64,000 nt of DNA, taken from IMG/VR virus record IMGVR_UViG_3300048854_000081, positions 224,001 to 288,000 of that record, one strand, 5' to 3'. Every line of letters starts with the position of its first letter. Position 1 is the first letter of the stretch. Below the pieces are notes generated by a model, which saw only the letters and a program-made list of their open reading frames with translations, made no database searches and had not been told where the DNA came from. The position numbers and the translations under genes are program-made. Origin of the DNA: a virus. Its lineage: Duplodnaviria; Caudoviricetes. Shown here one piece after another: positions 57,198 to 64,000 of the stretch.

Positions 57198-58393
57198 TGA
57201 GCAAGAAAAATGATACATCACTGGCAATCACGTCAGACAGTTCCCTTACCATTAGCGGTAATGTAAATATTACTGTTAATAAAAAGTATACACACGGTGT
57301 GTACATCGGAAGGTTTCAGCCCTTCCACCTCGGCCACCTCCACCTCGTGGAGCATGCGCTCAATCTAGCTGAGAAGCTTATTATTGTTGTCGGCTCACAC
57401 AACAAACCCCGCGACTGGAAGAACCCTTGGACATCGGCTGAACGCATTGACATGATCAAGGCGTCGTTGACTGATGAACAGCGCGAACGTGTCTACTTCC
57501 AGACCGTTGAAGATCGTCTTTATACTAATAAAGAATGGCAGGCTTCGATCTATGAAGCCGTCGATGCCGTGCTCCTTCAGTATTCTAAGTATAGAATTAA
57601 GAGCAACGCTGAAGGTGGCACCGCAAAGATTTGTCTTGTAGGTTTTAATAAGGATGATTCTAGCTCGTATCAGAAGTGGTTCCCTGAGTTTGCACTTGAG
57701 GAAGCACCCATGTACAATATGGAAGAAGGCGATGACGTGTTGAGCGCTACCATGCTCCGTGAAATGGTTTACGAAAACCATGTCGGATCAATGCGTTCCC
57801 ACGTTCCCGCTGGTGCCTTTGCTTTTATTAAGGAATGGCTGAAGACCGAAAATGCCCAGTATGTGAAGGACTGGTATGTGCATGAGGGTGAGTATCAGAA
57901 ACCTTATGAAACTCTTCCATACGGTACCAACTTTTACACGGCAGATTCAGTAGTCTTTCAGGGTAACCATGTCCTGATGGGTAAGCGTAAGTTTCATCCG
58001 GGTAAGGGTCTATGGGCACTTCCGGGTGGTCACGTCAACAAGAATGAACTTGCACTGGAAGCCTCTGTTCGCGAACTTTACGAAGAGACCAAGCTTAAGG
58101 TTCCTGAAAAGGTTCTGCTGGGTAGCTTCATCGGTGAAAAGCTTTTTGATCATCCAGACCGTTCGCTCCGTGGACGTTTGGGTAAGAAGGTCGGTCGCAC
58201 TGTATCGATTTCACATTGCTTCGAACTGAGTGATGAAGCGGGCATTCCACGCACTACACCGGCTGACGATCTTGAGGAAACGTGGTTCTTCACGATTTCT
58301 GAAATCCGTGCCATGCGTAACGAAATTTTCGAAGACCATGCTGACCAGATCGAATACTGGATTCCGCGCCTTAATGATAAGAAATACCGCTGA
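57197..58393 (+). CDS. nadM: Bifunctional NMN adenylyltransferase / Nudix ADP-ribose pyrophosphatase
   Basis: GRFQPFHLGH, NPW...ER, SAT..RE; Nudix box GGHV...E....A..RELYEET. Confidence 0.93.
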   Translation: MSKKNDTSLAITSDSSLTISGNVNITVNKKYTHGVYIGRFQPFHLGHLHLVEHALNLAEKLIIVVGSHNKPRDWKNPWTSAERIDMIKASLTDEQRERVYFQTVEDRLYTNKEWQASIYEAVDAVLLQYSKYRIKSNAEGGTAKICLVGFNKDDSSSYQKWFPEFALEEAPMYNMEEGDDVLSATMLREMVYENHVGSMRSHVPAGAFAFIKEWLKTENAQYVKDWYVHEGEYQKPYETLPYGTNFYTADSVVFQGNHVLMGKRKFHPGKGLWALPGGHVNKNELALEASVRELYEETKLKVPEKVLLGSFIGEKLFDHPDRSLRGRLGKKVGRTVSISHCFELSDEAGIPRTTPADDLEETWFFTISEIRAMRNEIFEDHADQIEYWIPRLNDKKYR

Positions 58394-58403
58394 GGAAGTA
58401 CTA

Positions 58404-58649
58404 ATGAAGTCCAATCTGTCTCCACAGGACACCCTCCGCATTGTCGGAAAAGCCTTAGAGTCATTCATGCGAGACATTAGTCCGAATGGCTTCGTTGTAA
58501 AGGATACAGAGAGTAAAAAGGATTATATAGTTCTAATTAACCCCATGGGTGAAATGATCATTGATGAAGCCATTGAGATTCCGGACGAAGATGACTGCAC
58601 AATTAAAGAAGTCTTCTGCCTGAGTCCAATGTGCTCCACGGTACACTAA
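58404..58649 (+). CDS. Hypothetical protein
   Basis: RBS GAGG; ATG at 58404. Confidence 0.55.
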   Translation: MKSNLSPQDTLRIVGKALESFMRDISPNGFVVKDTESKKDYIVLINPMGEMIIDEAIEIPDEDDCTIKEVFCLSPMCSTVH

Positions 58650-58650
58650 T

Positions 58651-59061
58651 ATGTTTCATATAGATTATAAACTTGACAAGGATAGCCATAATGGAATTGG
58701 ACTTTTTGTAACTCAAAATGTCCTTGAAGGTGACATCGTAGTTGACTATGATGAAGAATGGGTAAGAGTCATTTACCTTGAAACGCTTGAACAGATGTCG
58801 TCTATAACCAGAAAGAGCATTTTGAAACATGCTTATGATGGTGCAGCCCATGCTAAGTATGGTCTACCGGAAGGTTACATATACTTTGATCTTGACGATT
58901 GTAGGTTTCTGAATCATTCGGATAATCCATCGATTGCTTTTGATTATGAAGATGAGAAGTATAAGGCCACAAGAGATTTGATCATCGGCGATGAACTAAC
59001 GATGGATTATCGAGAGTTCTGCACAGTAGGAAAGTATTGCGCGGACTTTCTTTCGGATTGA
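58651..59061 (+). CDS. SET-domain methyltransferase
   Basis: GIGLF, RFLNHS.NP, A.RD...GDELT.DY. Confidence 0.88.
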   Translation: MFHIDYKLDKDSHNGIGLFVTQNVLEGDIVVDYDEEWVRVIYLETLEQMSSITRKSILKHAYDGAAHAKYGLPEGYIYFDLDDCRFLNHSDNPSIAFDYEDEKYKATRDLIIGDELTMDYREFCTVGKYCADFLSD

Positions 59062-59085
59062 CAAAACAGATTTAACACGTATAAT
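59058..59085 (+). promoter_or_regulatory. Consensus sigma70 promoter for nampt
   Basis: TTGACA-N16-TATAAT. Confidence 0.75.
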
Positions 59086-59109
59086 ACAAAACTTAATCAA
59101 CAAATTGAC

Positions 59110-59131
59110 TGACACATAGGAGTTATGGTCA
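59110..59131 (+). promoter_or_regulatory. RBS-masking bulged hairpin, copy 2
   Basis: TGAC-A-CATAG-GAG-TTATG-GTCA. Confidence 0.7.
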
Positions 59132-60543
59132 TGAATAACAAAATTAAACTAAACCCGATTCTCACCGCCGACAGTTACAAGATGTCGCATTGGCTTCAGT
59201 ATCCCGCCAAGACCACTGATGTATTCAGTTACATCGAATCACGCGGTTGTGGCTTCACCAATGAACTGATGTTCTTTGGTCTACAGGCTTATCTTCGTGA
59301 ATACCTGAGCCAGCGCATCACCATGGAAGACGTGGAGTTTGCTAAGACTCTCGCGGAGGCTCATGGCGAGCCGTTCAACTATGACGGCTGGAAGTACATC
59401 GTTGATCGTTACGATGGTCTCCTTCCCCTTACTATCAAGGCCGCAAAGGAAGGTGCAGTGATTCCCCTGCACAATGCTATCCTTACTGTTCACACCAGCG
59501 ACGCCAAGCTATTCTGGCTTCCGTCGTATGTCGAAACTGCCCTGCTTCGTGCCATTTGGTATCCTTCGACGGTTGCCACCCTTTCGTATACCTGCAAGAA
59601 GATTATGCACAAGTATCTTCTTGAAACCTCGGATCAGACCGATAGCCTGAACTTCATGCTTCATGACTTCGGCGCTCGTGGTGTAAGCAGTTCGGAAAGC
59701 GCAACGCTTGGCGGCATGGCTCACATCGTCAACTTCATGGGTACCGATACGGTCGAAGCTATCGTTGGTACGATGAATTATTACGATGCTCCTACGGTTT
59801 GTGCCTTCTCGATTCCTGCGGCTGAGCATTCGACCATTACTAGCTGGGAACGTGCAAACGAATTCGAAGCTTATTCGAATATGGTTGACCAGTACGCCAA
59901 GAAGGATAAGATTTTCGCGGTCGTATCGGACAGTTACGATATCTACAACGCAGTCGAGAACATGTGGAGCAAGGGTGGCTTGTTTGCCCGCGTCAAGGCT
60001 GCTGGATCGCGCGTGGTGATCCGTCCGGATTCAGGTGATGCTACGCAGGTACCAGTGAAGCTCGTTGAGCTTATCGCTGAACTGGAAGGCTTTACGATCA
60101 ATAGTAAGGGTTACAAGGTTCTTCCGGATTACGTTCGTGTCATTCAGGGTGATGGCATCACAATTGATACGATTCCGGTTATTCTGGAAAACCTCAAGGC
60201 TGCTGGCTTCAGCGCTGAAAACCTGAACTTCGGTATGGGTGGTGGTTTGCTACAGCACGTTAACCGTGATACCTTCAAGTTCGCGCAGAAGTGCTCGGCT
60301 GCTCTGGTTGATGGTAAGTGGCGTGAAGTATTCAAAGACCCTATTGATGACAAGGGTAAGGTATCGAAAAGGGGGCGTATCAGTTTGATCAAGGATGATC
60401 AGGGTAATTATCAGACTATTCGTTTGGAAGACCCACTTGAACGCAAGGAAGAACTTGATATTGTTTTCAAGAACGGACAGATCATCAAAGAGACCACATT
60501 CGATGAAGTCCGTAAGCGTGCAAACGAATATTTTGTAAAGTAA
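59131..60543 (+). CDS. nadV: Nicotinamide phosphoribosyltransferase
   Basis: DSYK.SH..QYP, LHDFGARG, PAAEHS, VVSDSYD, IRPDSGD, IQGDG, FGMGGGLLQ, K.SK.G. Confidence 0.95.
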   Translation: MNNKIKLNPILTADSYKMSHWLQYPAKTTDVFSYIESRGCGFTNELMFFGLQAYLREYLSQRITMEDVEFAKTLAEAHGEPFNYDGWKYIVDRYDGLLPLTIKAAKEGAVIPLHNAILTVHTSDAKLFWLPSYVETALLRAIWYPSTVATLSYTCKKIMHKYLLETSDQTDSLNFMLHDFGARGVSSSESATLGGMAHIVNFMGTDTVEAIVGTMNYYDAPTVCAFSIPAAEHSTITSWERANEFEAYSNMVDQYAKKDKIFAVVSDSYDIYNAVENMWSKGGLFARVKAAGSRVVIRPDSGDATQVPVKLVELIAELEGFTINSKGYKVLPDYVRVIQGDGITIDTIPVILENLKAAGFSAENLNFGMGGGLLQHVNRDTFKFAQKCSAALVDGKWREVFKDPIDDKGKVSKRGRISLIKDDQGNYQTIRLEDPLERKEELDIVFKNGQIIKETTFDEVRKRANEYFVK

Positions 60544-60554
60544 GGAAACCCTCT

Positions 60555-61151
60555 ATGGTCATGGAAGAGTTTATTTTGAGAGCGCATACCGATAAAGGTA
60601 TGCGCTTAATCGAAAAGATCGAAGACTTGATTACCAAAGAACTGAAGGTTGATGTAAGTATCATCGATCACAGAACCTATAATCCTTCAGAATTTGGGGT
60701 TACAGAATGGAGAAAGAAGTTCAAGACGATTATATCTCTTGACAAACATCTTGCTGAGTTCTTTGGTGTCGATTACTTTCAGATTTCAAGAATCTTCAAA
60801 GATAATGGTGATGTTCACTCACGGAGATTGGGTGGATACGATGGCTATAGAACGTATCCGTACAATGGATATCACATCATCGATACCGATATGGTTCATG
60901 GTGACTCAATCAATTTAGCTTGTAAGATTTTTGCTACGCATTCGTTTAACGTTCCTATCCTAGTCGAGGAAGGTCAAGACCTGATCGATATGGAAGATTT
61001 GTTTATGGATAACTCACTTCTGAAGACAGATAGTGGAATTATTGGTTGCAACTATCTTTTAAATCGTGAGTTCTTTACTAAGAGAACTTCCCTTCCAGAA
61101 TTTATGTACGACCCCATCAGAGAGATTATCATCCATGCAAACTCTAATTGA
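60555..61151 (+). CDS. Hypothetical protein
   Basis: ORF between nadV and nadE. Confidence 0.6.
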   Translation: MVMEEFILRAHTDKGMRLIEKIEDLITKELKVDVSIIDHRTYNPSEFGVTEWRKKFKTIISLDKHLAEFFGVDYFQISRIFKDNGDVHSRRLGGYDGYRTYPYNGYHIIDTDMVHGDSINLACKIFATHSFNVPILVEEGQDLIDMEDLFMDNSLLKTDSGIIGCNYLLNREFFTKRTSLPEFMYDPIREIIIHANSN

Positions 61152-61995
61152 ACAGATTCGTAAATGGTTTGATGAAAACAATCTCGATCATGCAGTGATT
61201 GGTTATTCTGGTGGTATCGACTCGGCCACGACTGCCGCTCTGATCCATCGTGCTGAAATTCCTATCACTCTTGTGCAGGTATGCCTAGAGAATCATACAC
61301 TATCATCCAGAACCATTATGATGGATTTCTTAGGTGATATTGAATACGCATACCGTGAAGGCATAGACAGTCCGTATACCCGCTGGGAATTCATTAGAAT
61401 GCCGGACATTTCCTATCTACGGGATGCTGGTAAGGAAGCTGCCCTTCCGATCATTCGCAATGCCTATTTTTACGGCGTAGCCGCAGACCTTCGTGATGAC
61501 AACAAGCGTCCGGTCGTAGTTGGTACTATCAACTTTGATGAGGCTGCTTATCTAGGATTTTGGGGAAAGGCATCCGATGGTGCTCAGGATTTCTATCCTA
61601 TCAGTCATCTTCACAAGTCAGAAGTCTATGCACTTGCTAAGGAGCTTGGTGTTCCTCAAGAGATTATCGATGCCGTACCATCAGGTGATCTACAATACTC
61701 AGGTGACCTAAACGATTATAAAATGATCGGTGCGACTTACGATCAGATTGAAGGACTCGCTAAGTTTGTTGATTCGCCTAAGGTAAAGACTGTAATCCAA
61801 ATTATGGAATTTATTGAGAACAACATTGATGATCCACTCAAGTTTGTAAAAAATATCAATAGAAATTCATTCAAGTATAATCAGCCATTCCCTAACGTTC
61901 ATGTTAATGGTAAACTTGAATTATTTCGTAAGAGAGCATATCCCACCATCATGATTGCTGCCTCAAATTATGAATTCTTGTCCAATTTATTGTAA
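61135..61995 (+). CDS. nadE: NH3-dependent NAD+ synthetase-like PP-loop ATPase
   Basis: GYSGGIDS, GT.N..E..LGFWGKASDG..D..PI..L.KSEVY.LA..LGVP, G.TY. Confidence 0.85.
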   Translation: MQTLIEQIRKWFDENNLDHAVIGYSGGIDSATTAALIHRAEIPITLVQVCLENHTLSSRTIMMDFLGDIEYAYREGIDSPYTRWEFIRMPDISYLRDAGKEAALPIIRNAYFYGVAADLRDDNKRPVVVGTINFDEAAYLGFWGKASDGAQDFYPISHLHKSEVYALAKELGVPQEIIDAVPSGDLQYSGDLNDYKMIGATYDQIEGLAKFVDSPKVKTVIQIMEFIENNIDDPLKFVKNINRNSFKYNQPFPNVHVNGKLELFRKRAYPTIMIAASNYEFLSNLL

Positions 61996-62306
61996 AAGGC
62001 AACAATCTTCAACATTTCATCTAATGTTGCGTCAGATTTAAGTCGATTAGCTCTGTAGGATATGACAATCATATTGTCGAGAGAATATCCCTTGGATGAA
62101 TCAATTCGATCAAAGCTGATCGAATCATCCTCTACTTTGGTACGATGGAAGTGTAATGGTATCCCAAGGATGGGACAGGTGATAGGAATACCAATCTCAT
62201 CGATGTCCGATGGCAGTAACGTAAATGGAATACCACGCTTTGTTGCAGACGCCTTTAGCTGATTCCATATATCTTTGAAATCTCTTTGGGTAAGATGTAA
62301 ATTCAT
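61968..62306 (-). CDS. Small HNH-type endonuclease
   Basis: CPILG, SFDRIDSSKGY...N...IS..AN..K. Confidence 0.75.
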   Translation of the reverse strand: MNLHLTQRDFKDIWNQLKASATKRGIPFTLLPSDIDEIGIPITCPILGIPLHFHRTKVEDDSISFDRIDSSKGYSLDNMIVISYRANRLKSDATLDEMLKIVAFYNKLDKNS

Positions 62307-62397
62307 AACTATGGTCGTTTATCATAGTTATATATGCCACTTGACTTTCAATGAAAATGGTGGATAATGATGCAATACATTTCACCTGAGACAAATC

Positions 62398-63189
62398 ATG
62401 CATGACGTAAATCTTTACACTGGAAGCAACCCGAAGCCGGAATGGAATCCGAATATTGATTATGTGAAGAAGACCTTCATGTTCGATACGAGGCACGTCA
62501 TTTCGCATTTCTCTGAGTATCCGGTTTACACACTGGACAATGCGTTTCCTGAAGATATCTGTAATCACTTGATTGCCGAGTTCGAAAAGCAGGATCACTA
62601 TGCTGTCGGTGTGGATGGTTACGCTAATGCAGCCGAGCATACCGGCTCTTATAGAGCGATGGCATGGAGTGAATCCGTCGCCAATCAGGTCTCTGAAAGA
62701 CTTCATAAGATTATTGATGAGAACTCATTTGACGGTGGTCTTGATGGGTTGGTTCATCTTAGCGATCTTTCAATTCTCTACACACCATTCAGACCCGTGT
62801 TAGAGGCTGAGTACGATATGATTGGTTCTACACCATGGCTTCGCTTTATGAAGTATGGTCAGGGTGGTAAGCACACTCCACATTATGATGCCCCATTCCA
62901 TAATGAAGATGAACGATACATTACGTTGTACTCATGGGTTCTCTATCTAAACACACCAGAAGGTGAAGGTGGAAATTTCCAGTTTGTGGCTGATGGTCAG
63001 GAAGATGTACACCCACTAGATCAAAATCTTAATGATTGGGATCACATGAGTGAGACATCCGTTCTAGATATCAAGCCGGAGCGTGGGAAGCTTCTTGTGT
63101 TCCCACATTGGCTATGCCATCAGGTGCAAGAGTATCTTGGTAACGATCATCGTTATATCATCCGTGGAGACGTAGCTTTTGGATACTGA
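62398..63189 (+). CDS. 2-oxoglutarate/Fe(II) oxygenase (prolyl-hydroxylase-like)
   Basis: RFMKY..GG.H.PHYD, LYLN...GG, G.LLVFPH...H.V, RY..R. Confidence 0.88.
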   Translation: MHDVNLYTGSNPKPEWNPNIDYVKKTFMFDTRHVISHFSEYPVYTLDNAFPEDICNHLIAEFEKQDHYAVGVDGYANAAEHTGSYRAMAWSESVANQVSERLHKIIDENSFDGGLDGLVHLSDLSILYTPFRPVLEAEYDMIGSTPWLRFMKYGQGGKHTPHYDAPFHNEDERYITLYSWVLYLNTPEGEGGNFQFVADGQEDVHPLDQNLNDWDHMSETSVLDIKPERGKLLVFPHWLCHQVQEYLGNDHRYIIRGDVAFGY

Positions 63190-63865
63190 ATTGATGTGTG
63201 ACGAGCCGTGGTATCAAGAACTTGAGCGTAAGTACGGATATGAATTCTGTGCTACGGCTGGATACTTCATGGAATTCAAGCCATGGGCTCACTCATATCG
63301 TAAACATTTTAAGCTTGACGAATTGGAGCCTGTCGATGCAGTCATACAGTACTCAGGTGCATTTCATCCGATCCATTATGGGCATGTTGAATGTTTTCAT
63401 AATGCCATCAATCAGGTAGTTGTTTGGACGAATGCACAGAGTGGCTACGTATTTTTACACATTGATCATAGTGACTATCGTGATTCTAAGGGATACTGTT
63501 CCGATGAAGTGTTCAAGGAACGCATAGCTGACGTGGTAGAGAACTTCGAATATAAGAATTTTAAGATTATTCCTATCTTCGACGATGCTATGCCTGACAA
63601 TTGTTCACGTAACTTCACTAGACTGTATACTGAGTTATCTAAAGTTTTTAGACACGTATATTTCGTGTGTGGTGGTGATCGTGCAAACTATGCATTAACC
63701 TTTATGGATAAAGGTAAAGTTATTGTATCTGGAAGACAGTCATCACCAACATATGAAAGTTACAAACATTTAATGAATGATAGAATCTGGTTTATCGGTG
63801 GTAACAATTCATCATCTTCTACGGATATCCGTTCACAACTTAACAAAGAGCAATCACATGACTGA
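63179..63865 (+). CDS. HxGH nucleotidyltransferase (NadD/CoaD/cytidylyltransferase-like)
   Basis: GAFHPIHYGH, VCGGD, SSTDIR. Confidence 0.8.
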   Translation: MDTELMCDEPWYQELERKYGYEFCATAGYFMEFKPWAHSYRKHFKLDELEPVDAVIQYSGAFHPIHYGHVECFHNAINQVVVWTNAQSGYVFLHIDHSDYRDSKGYCSDEVFKERIADVVENFEYKNFKIIPIFDDAMPDNCSRNFTRLYTELSKVFRHVYFVCGGDRANYALTFMDKGKVIVSGRQSSPTYESYKHLMNDRIWFIGGNNSSSSTDIRSQLNKEQSHD

Positions 63866-64000
63866 CATTATTACTGCAAACGACATCGAAGTTGAAATTA
63901 ATACCTCGGCTGTCGAGCCTGCACAGTACTTCAAGATTCTGAAGGGCAAGACTCAGGATGCAACCAGCGAACGTCTTAGCGACCAGCTTAAGACGGTTTC
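63858..64000 (+). CDS. Hypothetical protein, truncated by the window end
   Basis: ATG at 63858, open to the end. Confidence 0.5.
   Translation, partial: MTDIITANDIEVEINTSAVEPAQYFKILKGKTQDATSERLSDQLKTV

Noticed and set aside
61968-62306. HNH genes (here and at 4931) as intron-encoded
   Set aside because: They are free-standing on the opposite strand and the flanking genes look complete.
1-64000. Alternative genetic code
   Set aside because: Core genes translate full length in the standard code and no suppressor tRNA is present.

Overview
A 64-kb segment of a large lytic T4-related myovirus (jumbo type; gene content and order resemble RaK2/GAP32/XacN1-like phages, which is an inference) infecting a Gram-negative host. 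Left end: accessory/tRNA island with 7 tRNAs, an OMP C-terminus, ADP-ribosyltransferase-like protein, ATP-grasp, HNH, Ser/Thr phosphatase and the anti-CBASS sponge Acb2. Middle: core module with gp22 scaffold, gp23 capsid, MoxR/VWA pair, gp18 sheath, gp13/gp14-like neck proteins, DnaB-type helicase, terminase, gp32, UvsX/Y/W and clamp loaders, followed by a fibre-like paralog array with Pro/Thr-rich linkers and Hint domains, and spanins. Right end: a NAD/ADP-ribose island (NADAR, HAD, NadM-Nudix, SET, Nampt, NadE, 2OG-Fe(II) oxygenase, HxGH nucleotidyltransferase). Most notable: (1) a covarying bulged-A hairpin that masks the ribosome-binding sites of both NAD-salvage genes; (2) atypical Hint domains at the tips of fibre paralogs, one splitting a Cys-rich mini-domain; (3) a minimal DnaE core split over two genes 9.5 kb apart; (4) a tRNA-Sec-like 8/4 tRNA with a Ser anticodon; (5) a DnaQ-fold protein with its catalytic acids replaced by His. 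All family calls come from motif recognition, not database searches.
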